NCBI GenBank assembly: GCA_028289725.1
Contig: JANQOH010000447.1
Coordinates: 1-36,169, forward strand
Source of the DNA: Alphaproteobacteria bacterium
GTDB lineage: Bacteria; Pseudomonadota; Alphaproteobacteria; UBA7887
Length of the DNA: 36,169 nt
Reading direction: 5' to 3'
Shown: piece by piece, positions 1 through 11,660 of the stretch
How the letters are laid out: each line of letters begins with the position of its first letter
How positions within the stretch are numbered: position 1 is the stretch's first letter
The notes under the pieces: generated by a model
Database searches by the model: none
What the model was told of the DNA's origin: nothing
What the model saw: only the letters and a program-made list of their open reading frames with translations
Program-made: the position numbers and the translations under genes

Positions 1-881
1 TGTCCGCCAATCTTTTTTATGATTGCGGAATAATCGAGGCCATCATTGCCCGCCGCGCTAAACAATCCGTACAGAGCTGCGGCCTCGGCGCCGAGCGGCG
101 TCGCGACCCCGACATCTTGCGCGGCTTGCTGCGCCAACCGCAGATCTTTCAACATCATCGCCGTTGCGAAACCGGGTTTGAAATCGCGATTCGACGCCGC
201 CGTCTCGACGATCCCGGGAACCGGTAGGTGGTTCATCATTGCCCAGCACCCGCCCGATGCATTCGACGAAATATCAAAAAGTGTCTTCGGCTCCAGCCCC
301 AATTCCTCGCCCAGAGTGAAAGCCTCGCCCAGCGCAATCATCGAAATGCCGAGAATCATGTTGTTGCAAATTTTGGCTGCCTGACCATTGCCGCTGCCAC
401 CCGCGTGGACGATTTTGCGGCCCATTTTGGCGAGCAACGGCTCGGCGCGCGCGAAGGCGTCCGCATCGCCGCCGACCATGAAGGTCAAAGCCGCGCCCTC
501 CGCGCCGGCCACACCGCCGGATACCGGCGCGTCAAGCATCGGGACGCCCTTGTCCGCCGCGACGTCCGCCACCTCCCTGGCCGTGGTCACGTCGATCGTC
601 GAACAATCGATCAGCAAAGTCCCCGGTTTCACCGTGTCGATGACCCCGCCCTTTTCGCAGTAAACGGCACGTACATGAGCGCCGGCAGGCAACATGCTGA
701 TCACCGCTTCAGCGCTATCCGCCGCGGCGACCGCCGAGTCAGCCGCCTGGCCGCCGGCATCGACCACGGTCTTCACGGCGGCATCCGACAAGTCGAATGC
801 GGTGATCTCATGCCCGGCATTGAGCAGATTGCATGCCATCGGGCCGCCCATATTGCCAACCCCGATAAATCCGATCTTCAT
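1..881 (-). CDS. mmsB: 3-hydroxyisobutyrate dehydrogenase (3' end runs off the window)
   Basis: Not in the ORF track because it has no stop in the window. Manual translation from ATG at 881 gives MKIGFIGVGNMGGPMACNLL (Rossmann motif), later DAPVSGG and AAKICNNM, ending GLDYSAIIKKIGG at the edge. Lies downstream of two valine-catabolism genes. Confidence 0.92.
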   Translation of the reverse strand, partial: MKIGFIGVGNMGGPMACNLLNAGHEITAFDLSDAAVKTVVDAGGQAADSAVAAADSAEAVISMLPAGAHVRAVYCEKGGVIDTVKPGTLLIDCSTIDVTTAREVADVAADKGVPMLDAPVSGGVAGAEGAALTFMVGGDADAFARAEPLLAKMGRKIVHAGGSGNGQAAKICNNMILGISMIALGEAFTLGEELGLEPKTLFDISSNASGGCWAMMNHLPVPGIVETAASNRDFKPGFATAMMLKDLRLAQQAAQDVGVATPLGAEAAALYGLFSAAGNDGLDYSAIIKKIGG

Positions 882-916
882 TGCTTCATGCTCCCAGTGG
901 CCGTTTGCACGGACCA

Positions 917-1963
917 TCAATCGAACGTCAATTCTTCCCCGTTCAATGGCGCGAAATAGGCATCAACCATGGCGTCGGTCACGTCCTCAAGGCTCGCGGG
1001 CCGCCATTTCGGCGCGTTTTCCTTGTCGATCAAAAGCGCGCGGACGCCTTCGCGGAAATCGTGATCCGCAAAGAAGCGCCGGCAAAGCCGATACTCCATC
1101 GTCATATTGTCTTCAAAACTGAGGCCCACGGCTTCGTTGAGCTGGCGAAGGCCGACTTTCAGACTCATCGGCGACACGTGACGCATGTGCGCCGCCGCCT
1201 TCTTGGCCCACTCGCCCTCCTCCGCGTCAAGAGCCGCGAGAAACGCCTCGATCGAGTCTCCCGAGAAACACGTCTCGATGGCCGGCTCCACCGCCGCCAA
1301 GCGGCCGTCGGTCGGCCGACTGGAAAACTTGTCCAACAAGGTCTCTATCGGCGCGTCGCCGATCGCCGCCACGAATTCCGGCAGTCGGTCATCGGCGACA
1401 TAGTGCGTGGCGACACCCAGCTTGAGACAATCTTCAGCTTTCGCCCGAGCCCCGGCGAGCCCGAAATAGCGGCCGAGATTATCGGGGCAGTGCGCCAAAA
1501 AATATCCGCCTCCGACATCGGGAAAGAACCCGATCGTCATCTCTGGCATCGCAAACATCGTTCGCTCGGTGGCAACGCGATAGGTGCCATGAACCGAAAG
1601 TCCGACGCCCCCGCCCATGGTGATGCCATCGATCAGCGCGACGTAGGGTTTGGGATAGCGTTTGATCAGGCGGTTCAGGGTGTATTCGGCACGAAAAAAA
1701 TCGGCCGCATGCGCGAAGCGTTCATCGGGATCATCGCTGAATTCATGAAGTCCTTTGACGTCGCCGCCGGCGCAAAACGCGCGGTCACCTGTGCCCGTTA
1801 TCAACACTTCGCGAATGTTCGGATCCTCCGCCCATTCCCTTAACTGCGGGTCGATGAGGCTGACCATATTGGCGTTCAACGCGTTCAGAATGCGCGGTTG
1901 ATTGAGGGTGATGCGGCCGACCCCACGATCGACCGCGAACAGAACGTCAGGCTCCTCGCTCAT
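917..1963 (-). CDS. 3-hydroxyisobutyryl-CoA hydrolase-like enoyl-CoA hydratase/isomerase family protein
   Basis: Crotonase motifs [34 protein letters not shown] and C-terminal [13 protein letters not shown]. Start MSEEPDV at 1963 overlaps the upstream stop (ATGA). Confidence 0.9.
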   Translation of the reverse strand: MSEEPDVLFAVDRGVGRITLNQPRILNALNANMVSLIDPQLREWAEDPNIREVLITGTGDRAFCAGGDVKGLHEFSDDPDERFAHAADFFRAEYTLNRLIKRYPKPYVALIDGITMGGGVGLSVHGTYRVATERTMFAMPEMTIGFFPDVGGGYFLAHCPDNLGRYFGLAGARAKAEDCLKLGVATHYVADDRLPEFVAAIGDAPIETLLDKFSSRPTDGRLAAVEPAIETCFSGDSIEAFLAALDAEEGEWAKKAAAHMRHVSPMSLKVGLRQLNEAVGLSFEDNMTMEYRLCRRFFADHDFREGVRALLIDKENAPKWRPASLEDVTDAMVDAYFAPLNGEELTFD

Positions 1964-3111
1964 AGCGGTGCGTTTCCGCTCAGCAGACGGCGGGCAATGA
2001 TCACGCGCATGATTTCGTTCGTCCCTTCCAAAATTTGATGCACCCGGAGATCGCGCAGAATCCGTTCGACCGGATAGTCGCGCAAGTATCCGTAACCGCC
2101 GTGAAGCTGCAGGGCCTCGTTGCACACGGTGAACCCGGTATCGGTGGCGAAGCGCTTTGCCATGGCGCAATAGGTCGTGGCGTCGGGTGCGCCGGCATCC
2201 AATTTCGCCGCCGCTTGGCGGACCATGAGACGTGCCGCTTCCAGCTCCGTCGCCATATCCGCCAGCTTGAACTGAAGGGCCTGAAATTCGGCCAATTTCT
2301 GGCCGAATTGTTCGCGCACAAGCATATGCTCGCGGGACGCCTCAAGCGCGGCGCGCGCACCGCCGATCGAACAGGCGCCGATGTTGATGCGGCCACCATC
2401 AAGACCCGCCATCGCAATCTTGAAGCCGTCACCTTCTTCGCCGACGCGATTGGCGACCGGCACCCGACAGTCTTCAAAATTCACGGCGGCTGTCGGCTGC
2501 GAATGCCAGCCAAGCTTCTTCTCCTGCTGGCCGAAGGACAGGCCCGGCGTTCCATCTTCCACCACCAGGCAGGATATGCCCTTCGGGCCATCATCGCCGG
2601 TGCGCACCATGCAGACATAAACATCCGAGGTCGAACCGCCGGAAATGAACGCCTTGGCGCCGTTCAAAACATAATCGTCTCCGTCCCGCTTGGCGCGCGT
2701 GCGGAGTGCCGCCGCGTCGGAACCAGCCCCCGGCTCGGTGAGGCAATAGGCCGCCATCGATTGCATGCTGGTCAGCGCCGGCAGCCATTTGGCGCGCTGA
2801 TCGTCATTGCCGAACCGGTCGATCATCCACGAAGCCATATTGTGAATCGAGATGTACGCGGCCGTGGAGGGGCAACCACCCGCCAACTCCTCGAAGATCA
2901 CCGCCGCGTCGAGCCGGCCAAGGCCGGCGCCTCCATGCGCTTCGCCACAGTAAATTCCCGCGAATCCTAACGCGGCGGCCTGGCGCAAAGTCTCGACCGG
3001 GAACACATTGTTCTCATCCCAGTCGGCGGCGTGGGGCGCCATTTGTTCGCTCGCAAAGGCGCGGGCGGCGTCCTGAAACGCGATCTGTTCGTCGCTGAGT
3101 TCGAAATCCAA
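1960..3111 (-). CDS. acyl-CoA dehydrogenase, isobutyryl-CoA dehydrogenase type
   Basis: Motifs [50 protein letters not shown]. Likely TTG start at 3111 (MDFELSDEQ) behind GAGG. Confidence 0.9.
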   Translation of the reverse strand: MDFELSDEQIAFQDAARAFASEQMAPHAADWDENNVFPVETLRQAAALGFAGIYCGEAHGGAGLGRLDAAVIFEELAGGCPSTAAYISIHNMASWMIDRFGNDDQRAKWLPALTSMQSMAAYCLTEPGAGSDAAALRTRAKRDGDDYVLNGAKAFISGGSTSDVYVCMVRTGDDGPKGISCLVVEDGTPGLSFGQQEKKLGWHSQPTAAVNFEDCRVPVANRVGEEGDGFKIAMAGLDGGRINIGACSIGGARAALEASREHMLVREQFGQKLAEFQALQFKLADMATELEAARLMVRQAAAKLDAGAPDATTYCAMAKRFATDTGFTVCNEALQLHGGYGYLRDYPVERILRDLRVHQILEGTNEIMRVIIARRLLSGNAPL

Positions 3112-3136
3112 TTTCCGATCCTCGCCGGCTGGCTGA

Positions 3137-4282
<1,146 letters not shown>

Positions 4283-4335
4283 CGCCGACGCAACACACCT
4301 GCGATCAAACGATTCAATTCGTCAAAAGGTGCCGC

Positions 4336-4380
4336 GTCGCCCCAGCACCCCGGGGACTTCAACCGGGGTGCGGGGGCGAC
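4336..4380. terminator. strong hairpin between convergent hemB and peroxiredoxin; probable intrinsic terminator
   Basis: GTCGCCCCAGCACCCCGG (4336-4353) pairs with CCGGGGTGCGGGGGCGAC (4363-4380): 18-bp stem, one mismatch, 9-nt loop. On the minus strand it is followed by GCGGCACCTTTT. Confidence 0.7.
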
Positions 4381-4395
4381 TCCCGCTGCGCGGAC

Positions 4396-5055
4396 TCAGT
4401 GCGGCTGCGGAACGATGCGCAGATAAGGTTTCGGCGCGGTCCAACCGCCGGGGAACTTCTCTTTCGCGGCTTCGTCGGAAACCGCCGGAACGATGATGAC
4501 GTCTTCGCCCTGTTTCCAATTGACCGGCGTCGCGACCTGATGAACCGCAGTGAGCTGGCAAGAATCCAGCGTCCGAAGCACCTCATCAAAGTTGCGGCCG
4601 GTGCTCATCGGATAGGTCAGCATCAGCTTGATCTTCTTGTCCGGCCCAATCAGGAAGACGGAACGAACCGTTGCATTGTCTGCGGCGGTGCGTCCTTCGG
4701 ACGTGTCGCCGGCCTCGGCCGGAAGCATGTTGTAGAGCTTCGCCACGGATAGGTCGGGATCGCCGATCAGTGGGTACGTGACCGCGTGGCCTTGCGTTTC
4801 TTCAATGTCTTTCAGCCAGGCATGATGGTCACTCACCGGGTCGACGCTGAGCCCGATAATCTTGCAATTCCGCTTTTCAAACTCCGGTTTGAGTTTCGCC
4901 AGATAGCCCAGTTCGGTTGTGCAAACTGGTGTGAAGTCCTTTGGATGCGAAAAGATGATCGCCCATCCGTCGCCAATCCAGTCGTGGAAATTGATCATCC
5001 CTTCCGTCGTCTCAGCCGTGAAGTTCGGTGCTTCATCATTGATCCTGAGAGCCAT
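4396..5055 (-). CDS. 1-Cys peroxiredoxin (Prx6 subfamily)
   Basis: FSHPKDFTPVCTTELG active-site motif, GRNFDEVLR, C-terminal PYLRIVPQP. GGAGG RBS upstream. Confidence 0.95.
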   Translation of the reverse strand: MALRINDEAPNFTAETTEGMINFHDWIGDGWAIIFSHPKDFTPVCTTELGYLAKLKPEFEKRNCKIIGLSVDPVSDHHAWLKDIEETQGHAVTYPLIGDPDLSVAKLYNMLPAEAGDTSEGRTAADNATVRSVFLIGPDKKIKLMLTYPMSTGRNFDEVLRTLDSCQLTAVHQVATPVNWKQGEDVIIVPAVSDEAAKEKFPGGWTAPKPYLRIVPQPH

Positions 5056-5222
5056 GTTTTACCTCCGCTGGTGATTTTGCCCCGCTTGGTGCATGCACCG
5101 AATGAACGAACGTCCAGGTGCCAGATGACTACAATCGGACAATAACGCTGCAAAGCGGAGCACTTTGTGAACTACTTCACTCGGAATTGAAAAATCGGGG
5201 AAGTCGGAAAATGCGTGCCGCT

Positions 5223-6290
5223 TCAAGGTGTCGGCGCAATTGCTTGTAGCAACACTTGGGCGCACCGGTCATGCCACGCGACCCGTGTGCTTTGGTCGTG
5301 AAAACCAACATGTCCGCCGCGCCGCGGCAAGATTGCGCGCACATGCGGCACGGTGCGCCAATCAAACGTATCAAGGGCCCGACTTGGTATCCAAGGATCG
5401 TCCCGCGCATGCAAAACGAGCGTGGGAATGCGGATGCGTGCAAGAAACCGAATTGCAGAACAGCGTTCGTAATAGTCGACCGCGCCGGCATATCCGTGGC
5501 GCGGCGCGATGAAACGGTCGTCGAATTCGTAGACCGTGCGTGCATGCGTAATGGATTTCTGTTCCTCGTTGGTGACGCGCGCGCCCTCGGCCAAGGCATC
5601 CTGCTTCATGCGCGCCAAAAGCCACCGGTGATACACCGCGTTGCGCGGTCGCAAGAAAGTCCGTGATGCCGCCATAAGGTCGACCGGCGCCGATACGGAG
5701 ATCGCGGCGCGCACGCTTTTCACGACCTCCCCGCCCTCGCCCAGGCATTTCAACATTTGGTTGCCACCGAGCGAATATCCCATGAGCGCGATACCATTTT
5801 GCGTCCATTGCGCCGGTAGGCCGGCAACGACCGCCCGCAAATCTTCGCTGCGGCCCGCGTGATAGTGATATTGGCACGATGCACGCGAAGGACCGGCGCC
5901 GCGCATATTGGTGCGCAGTGTGCGCCAACCCAATTTGAGAAAATGCCGGGCCGTCGCTTGCAGATAGACGCTGTCCTCGCACCCGGTTAGGCCATGAACC
6001 AGGACCAGCAGCGGGCGGGCGCGATCAACCCGCGGATGATTGAGCGCGCCTTGCAAGCGGTCGCCCGAGCCGTCATTCGCGTCAAAAAACAGCCGTTCCG
6101 CTTCGAATTCAGACAGGTCTACCGTCGCGCGCGTCACAAAATTCCGAAGTGTTTGAAGATCGCCGCCCCACCATGGCGACCGTGGTTTGAACGCCGGGAA
6201 ATCGATCTCGGAGATCGCAGTGGCTTGATCGGTGCGGCCAAATTCGTCGCTATCGGACAGCGCCCTTTTCTCCGTAAATGTCAAAGTCAT
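5223..6290 (-). CDS. YheT-family alpha/beta hydrolase
   Basis: GGDLQTL, VLVHGLTGCEDS, nucleophile elbow GYSLGG, HARDDPWI, GGHVGF. Confidence 0.88.
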   Translation of the reverse strand: MTLTFTEKRALSDSDEFGRTDQATAISEIDFPAFKPRSPWWGGDLQTLRNFVTRATVDLSEFEAERLFFDANDGSGDRLQGALNHPRVDRARPLLVLVHGLTGCEDSVYLQATARHFLKLGWRTLRTNMRGAGPSRASCQYHYHAGRSEDLRAVVAGLPAQWTQNGIALMGYSLGGNQMLKCLGEGGEVVKSVRAAISVSAPVDLMAASRTFLRPRNAVYHRWLLARMKQDALAEGARVTNEEQKSITHARTVYEFDDRFIAPRHGYAGAVDYYERCSAIRFLARIRIPTLVLHARDDPWIPSRALDTFDWRTVPHVRAILPRRGGHVGFHDQSTRVAWHDRCAQVLLQAIAPTP

Positions 6291-6374
6291 AAGTGTTCTT
6301 TCCCGCCGCCGCCCATGCTGTGACTTGCGCGAGAGCGGGCCCTGCGCTATCCGAACCGGTCGCTTACCGCATGG

Positions 6375-7547
6375 ATGCCCGCTATGACCAAGCCTAATCC
6401 CCCCGCCGGCCCGCTGAATGGCGTGACCGTGATCGACATGACACGTGTGCTCGCTGGTCCTTACTGCACGATGATCCTATCGGATCTCGGCGCGCGGGTA
6501 ATCAAGGTTGAGCCGCCGGGCGGCGATGACGCCCGTGCCTACGGCCCCTGGGTCGACGGCGAATCCGCCTATTTCATGTCTCTCAATCGGGGCAAGGAGA
6601 GTATTGCGGTCAATCTCAAAGACGACGCGGACCGCCGGCTCTTCGATCGCCTCTTGGAAACCGCCGATGTGCTGATCGAAAATTTCCGTCCGGGCACCAT
6701 GGCGAAACTGGGTTATGGCTGGGATGAACTGAAGCAGAAACACCCACAGTTGGTTTACGCTGCCTGTTCCGGCTTCGGTCAAACAGGCCCGCTTTCGCAA
6801 CGCCCTGCCTATGACATGGTGGTGCAAGGCATGGGCGGCATTATGAGCCTGACCGGCCATGACGGCGGACCACCCACGCGGGTCGGCACCGCGATCGGCG
6901 ACATCACGGCGGGAATGTTCGCAGCGATCGGCATCAACTCCGCATTGTATGAGCGCGCCCAAACCGGCCAGGGGCAGTTCATCGACATTGCCATGTTGGA
7001 TTGCCAGCTTGCGATTCTGGAGAATGCCATTGCGCGCTATTTCACAACCGGACAGAACCCGGGGCCCAGTGGCGCGCGCCATCCCGCCATCGCGCCTTTC
7101 GAATGCTATGAAAGCGGCGACGGCCACATCATTATGGCCGCCGGAAATGATGCTTTGTGGGTCAAACTGTGCGAAGCGCTCGGCGCCAATCATTTGGTCG
7201 AGGACACGCGGTTCAAAACCAACCCAGAACGCATGACCAATGTGGTTGCGCTGAAAGAGGCTCTCGAAGCCGTGTTGAAGACCAACACGACCAATCATTG
7301 GTTGGCAAAGCTCGAGGAAGCGGGCGTGCCATGCGGACCGCTGCACTCGGTTGGCCAGGTTGTTGACCACCCACAATCGCTGGCCCGCAATATGGTTGTC
7401 GGAATTGACGACGCCAAAGCCGGACCCCTGAAAATTGCCGGCAATCCGATTAAGCTGTCGAACCACGCGGACCCGGCGGTTCGTGGTGGTGTGCCGGCAC
7501 TAAACGAACACAGAGACGACATCGTGGCCGAACTGAACGGAAAGTGA
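6375..7547 (+). CDS. class III CoA-transferase (CaiB/BaiF family)
   Basis: GPLNGVTVIDMTRVLAGPYC, DLGARVIKVE, SLNRGKES, ENFRPG, catalytic-Asp region AIGDITAG. Start may be 6384. Confidence 0.92.
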   Translation: MPAMTKPNPPAGPLNGVTVIDMTRVLAGPYCTMILSDLGARVIKVEPPGGDDARAYGPWVDGESAYFMSLNRGKESIAVNLKDDADRRLFDRLLETADVLIENFRPGTMAKLGYGWDELKQKHPQLVYAACSGFGQTGPLSQRPAYDMVVQGMGGIMSLTGHDGGPPTRVGTAIGDITAGMFAAIGINSALYERAQTGQGQFIDIAMLDCQLAILENAIARYFTTGQNPGPSGARHPAIAPFECYESGDGHIIMAAGNDALWVKLCEALGANHLVEDTRFKTNPERMTNVVALKEALEAVLKTNTTNHWLAKLEEAGVPCGPLHSVGQVVDHPQSLARNMVVGIDDAKAGPLKIAGNPIKLSNHADPAVRGGVPALNEHRDDIVAELNGK

Positions 7548-7554
7548 GCACGCC

Positions 7555-9891
7555 ATGAAATGGCTTCGGCGTATCGTCGCCGCATTGGCCATCCTTGTTG
7601 TGGCAATTGTTGCAGCGGGCTGGTTGTGGCTTCGCGCGTCGCTGCCGGTTTTGGATGGCGAAATCACAGTCGCCGGTGCGAACGGTCCAATCGAAATCCT
7701 GCGCGACGCCCACGGTGTTCCGCACGTCTATGCGGAGAGCGAAGCCGATGCCTATTTCGGGCTTGGCTTCGTGCACGCGCAGGATCGTTTGTGGCAAATG
7801 GAACTCGCCCGCCGTGCAGCGGCCGGCCGCTTGGCAGAACTTTTTGGCCCACGTGCGATACCGCATGATCAGTATTTTCGGACGCTCGATTTTGCCGGGG
7901 TTGCCGAGCGCAATCTCAAACATGTCTTGGAAAGTGCGCAGTCGCTGATCGGCGCATATTCGGCGGGCGTCAATGCCGCGCTCGGCGTCTGGGACGGACC
8001 TTGGCCGATTGAAATCGCCTTGTTCGGTGCCGAGCCTGAACCTTGGCTGCCGCACCATTCGATCTTGGCGATCAAAATGATGGCGGTGCAGTTGTCCGGC
8101 AATGCGTCGGAGGAAGCCTTCCGCTGGGCCTTGAGCGACCGCTTAACACCGGAGCAGTTGGCAACGCTTTGGCCCGATAACGCCGATGGTGCGCCAAGGC
8201 CGGAGGGGCACGCGGCGGCGCCAAACGTGGAGCTTGCGGAACGGACACTGGCGGCGTTGCCGGTCCCGGCGCCGTCACATGTCGGGTCGAACAATTGGGT
8301 GGTCGCCGCGCACCGCTCCAAAACCGGCGCTCCGATCCTTGCCAACGATCCACACCTGGGCCTGACCGTGCCGGCGACTTGGTATTTGGCGCATCTGAGT
8401 GCGCCGGGTCTCGACGTGATCGGGGGAACGATCCCGGGAATCCCTGCCATCGTCGTTGGGCGCAACGCGCAGGTCGCGTGGGGTGTCACGAACACCGGTC
8501 CGGACGTTCAAGATCTGTTTGTCGTCACCGATGACGATGTGATCGAGGAACGCACGGTCCAAATCGCGATGAGAGGCGCGGAAAGCGTGGCGCACACGGT
8601 GCGGCGAACGCGTTACGGCCCGATCGTGTCCGACGCTGGCCTTCCCTACGATCGTATGGCCGCGCGCAGTGGACAAAGCATTGCCTTGTCTTGGACCGCG
8701 CTCGCCGACGACGACACTTCGATTGCCGCCGGTTTTGGTTTGGCGCGATCCGCGTCCCTTGATGACGCTGTCGAGGCCGCACGCGACTTCCATGGACCGC
8801 AACAAAACTTCGCAATGGCGGATGTCGCTGGGGCCATTGGTTTTGTTTCCGCCGGGCGGGTGCCTGTGCGCCGCGATCATGATGGCTGGCTCCCTGCTGA
8901 CGCATCGACCGGCAATGGCGATTGGACCGGTCACATTCCGTTCGAAGCTTTGCCGCAGGCGCGCGACCCGGCATCCGGCGCCATTATGACGGCCAATCAA
9001 CGCGTCACGCCGGAGGATTACGACTACTTCATCACGCGGGATTGGGATATCGGATATCGCGCGCAACGGATCGCCTATTTGCTGGGCGCCTCGGAAAAGC
9101 ACGATGTCGACGGTTTTGCCGCGATGCAAACGGACACGCTGTCAGCGATGGCGCGTGAGTTCTTGCCAATTATGCTGAAGGTCGAAGCGCCCGACGACCA
9201 AACCGCGGTATTGCATCAAATGCTCGCGGAGTGGGACGGCCACATGATCGCCCATCGTCCGGAGCCGCTGATCTTCCAGGCTTGGTACCGGGCGCTTGTG
9301 CGCCGGGTGCTGCAGGATGAATTGGGCGCAAACTTCCCGCGCTATTACGGCCGCCGTCCCGCCACTATGCGGCGCGTCCTCGGCGGCGAAACAACCTGGT
9401 GCGACGACCAATCCACTGAGACGGAAGAGTCCTGCGAACAACAAATCGGGGCCGCGTTAAGCGAAGCCAACACGTGGCTTGTCGAGACCTATGGCGACGA
9501 CCCAACGGCCTGGCGCTGGGGCACGGCGCATAAGGCGGTGAGCCGCCATGCGATATTTTCATCGACGCCTGTTGTGAAGCGGCTTTTCGAGATCGTGCGG
9601 GAACATGGCGGCGGCCCCTACACCGTCATGCAGGCCAATACGCGCATCGCGAACGAACGCGAACCATTTCGCGAAAGCCACGGCGCCAGTCTCCGGACGA
9701 TCTTTGATCTGAGAGATGCCGACTCAACGCGCGCGATCGTCCATACGGGTCAGTCCGGCCATGTGCTGTCCCCGTACTATGCCGATCTCGCCGACAAATG
9801 GGTTGTCGGCGAGTATCTGACATTGCCCATGACACGCGGCGCAGTCGAGACGCAGGCCGCGCACCGCCTCGTCCTCACGCCAACGCCATGA
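7555..9891 (+). CDS. penicillin/AHL acylase family Ntn-hydrolase (peptidase S45) with N-terminal membrane/signal segment
   Basis: RDAHGVPHVYA, AQDRLWQME, autoprocessing GSNNWVV, LANDPHL, C-terminal GQSGHVLSPYYAD. Hydrophobic N-terminus. Confidence 0.93.
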   Translation: MKWLRRIVAALAILVVAIVAAGWLWLRASLPVLDGEITVAGANGPIEILRDAHGVPHVYAESEADAYFGLGFVHAQDRLWQMELARRAAAGRLAELFGPRAIPHDQYFRTLDFAGVAERNLKHVLESAQSLIGAYSAGVNAALGVWDGPWPIEIALFGAEPEPWLPHHSILAIKMMAVQLSGNASEEAFRWALSDRLTPEQLATLWPDNADGAPRPEGHAAAPNVELAERTLAALPVPAPSHVGSNNWVVAAHRSKTGAPILANDPHLGLTVPATWYLAHLSAPGLDVIGGTIPGIPAIVVGRNAQVAWGVTNTGPDVQDLFVVTDDDVIEERTVQIAMRGAESVAHTVRRTRYGPIVSDAGLPYDRMAARSGQSIALSWTALADDDTSIAAGFGLARSASLDDAVEAARDFHGPQQNFAMADVAGAIGFVSAGRVPVRRDHDGWLPADASTGNGDWTGHIPFEALPQARDPASGAIMTANQRVTPEDYDYFITRDWDIGYRAQRIAYLLGASEKHDVDGFAAMQTDTLSAMAREFLPIMLKVEAPDDQTAVLHQMLAEWDGHMIAHRPEPLIFQAWYRALVRRVLQDELGANFPRYYGRRPATMRRVLGGETTWCDDQSTETEESCEQQIGAALSEANTWLVETYGDDPTAWRWGTAHKAVSRHAIFSSTPVVKRLFEIVREHGGGPYTVMQANTRIANEREPFRESHGASLRTIFDLRDADSTRAIVHTGQSGHVLSPYYADLADKWVVGEYLTLPMTRGAVETQAAHRLVLTPTP

Positions 9892-11111
9892 CACTGAGCG
9901 CCGACGATATTCACGCGGCGCGCGCGCGCATCGCCGACGCCGTCGAGGTCACACCGTGCCGCGAGTCACGCACCTTATCGGCGATTACCGGCGCGACAAC
10001 CGTGCTTAAATTCGAGAATCAACAGTTCACCGCATCCTTCAAAGAGCGCGGGGCTCTGAACCGGTTGTTGCAGCTATCGGACGCCGAAAAGCAGCGCGGT
10101 GTCATCGCGATGTCGGCCGGCAATCACGCGCAAGGCGTGGCCTACCATGCACAGCGCTTGGGCATACCGGCAACCATCGTTATGCCCCGTGCAACGCCAT
10201 TCATAAAGATCGAACAAACCAGCCACTTTGGCCCCCGTGTGATGCTCGAAGGCGAAAGGCTTCGCGAATCCGAGGGTTTCGCCCGCGCCCTTGCGGACAA
10301 AGAGGGGCTCACCTTCCTCCATCCATACGACGACGAAGCCGTGATCGCAGGGCAAGGAACCATCGCACTCGAAATGCTGGAAGCGCGGCCGGACATTGAC
10401 ACCTTGGTCATCCCGATCGGCGGCGGCGGATTGATCGCCGGCAATGCGATCGCCGCCAAATCAATCAATCCCGACATCGACATTGTTGGGGTGCAAACTG
10501 AGCTTTATCCGGCGATGTATCAGGCCCTGCGCGGCGAAGAGCCCGTGTCCGGTGGTTCGACAATCGCTGAGGGCATCGCGGTCGGCAGACCCGGAACACT
10601 CACTTTGCCGATCGTGAAAGACCTTGTTGCCGAGGTGATGTTGGTTGGCGAGGGCAATATCGAACGCGCGGTTCTGATGCTGCTCGAAGTGGAAAAAACC
10701 GTGGTCGAAGGCGCCGGTGCCGCGGGCCTCGCCGCCGTGTTGCGGGCGTCCAAACGATTTGCAGGGCGCACCGTGGGCCTTATTTTGTGCGGCGGCAATA
10801 TCGACACGCGGCTGCTTTCGTCCATTGTCATGCGCGGCCTGGTGCGCGAGGGTCGGCTTGCCCGGGTGATGATCGAATTGTCGGACCTACCTGGAAGCCT
10901 GGCGCGGGTGGCTGAGATCATTGGCGACCAGGGCGCCAATATTGTCGAGGTGTCGCACGAACGCGCGTTTACCCACATGCCGGTGAAGTCAGCGGCCCTG
11001 ATTGTGGTCATGGAAACCCGTAATCGGGACCATGCTGCATCCGTTCTCGGTGTGCTCAACGACGCCGGGTTCCCGTCGACCGAAATCGAGCATCCGGATC
11101 CCGCCGAATAA
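9888..11111 (+). CDS. PLP-dependent threonine/serine ammonia-lyase with C-terminal ACT domain
   Basis: LKFENQQFTASFKERGA, SAGNHAQG, PIGGGGL, CGGNID, ACT motif DLPGSLA. ATG at 9888 overlaps the acylase stop (ATGA). Confidence 0.92.
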   Translation: MTLSADDIHAARARIADAVEVTPCRESRTLSAITGATTVLKFENQQFTASFKERGALNRLLQLSDAEKQRGVIAMSAGNHAQGVAYHAQRLGIPATIVMPRATPFIKIEQTSHFGPRVMLEGERLRESEGFARALADKEGLTFLHPYDDEAVIAGQGTIALEMLEARPDIDTLVIPIGGGGLIAGNAIAAKSINPDIDIVGVQTELYPAMYQALRGEEPVSGGSTIAEGIAVGRPGTLTLPIVKDLVAEVMLVGEGNIERAVLMLLEVEKTVVEGAGAAGLAAVLRASKRFAGRTVGLILCGGNIDTRLLSSIVMRGLVREGRLARVMIELSDLPGSLARVAEIIGDQGANIVEVSHERAFTHMPVKSAALIVVMETRNRDHAASVLGVLNDAGFPSTEIEHPDPAE

Positions 11112-11122
11112 ACGCTGGTCCG

Positions 11123-11551
11123 TCAGCCGGTCGTTTTTAGGTAGGCCAGTATCTTCCGGCGAATTTCGCTGTCAGGCTGGCTGTAATACATCCGGGATCG
11201 CGGCGCCATGGCCTGGGCATCGGTCAGGAAGGCGTCCAATACGTCCTCGGTCCAAACCACGCCCTCGGTCGCCGCCGCAAAGTTCGCCGAGTACAAAAAA
11301 TTGGGATCCGAACCCGCCGCCCGCCCGACAATCCCGATCAGCTTCGGTCCGTAGGTCGCCATCATGACCGGTATTAGGCGCGCTTCGGGATTCGATCTGG
11401 TTTGAAGCGGCAACTCCGCGGCGAAATGACACGGCGCGCATTCCGTCTCATAGAGCACGCGCCCCTCTTCGACATCGCCGGCAAATGTCGTGGTTGCGCC
11501 AGCAAGCGCGCCCGCCATCGCGAAACTCAACGTCAGCCAATGTAACCGCAT
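11123..11551 (-). CDS. class I c-type cytochrome (cytochrome c2-like) with signal peptide
   Basis: Signal peptide ending TFA, then GDVEEG; heme motif CAPCH; GPKLIGIVGRAAG; PRSRM matching PGTKM (axial Met). Confidence 0.85.
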   Translation of the reverse strand: MRLHWLTLSFAMAGALAGATTTFAGDVEEGRVLYETECAPCHFAAELPLQTRSNPEARLIPVMMATYGPKLIGIVGRAAGSDPNFLYSANFAAATEGVVWTEDVLDAFLTDAQAMAPRSRMYYSQPDSEIRRKILAYLKTTG

Positions 11552-11660
11552 TCCAGACTCCTGCGGTGCAACGCGGCCCCTCTGGCCGTGTCATCGCATG
11601 AGAGCATAGCCGTTATCGCAAGACCAGGTCACCACGGTCAGTGCTACGCTGAGCGTTCCG

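Noticed and set aside
1-3111. Valine-degradation cluster with no mmsA visible
   Set aside because: Common arrangement; mmsA may lie outside the window.
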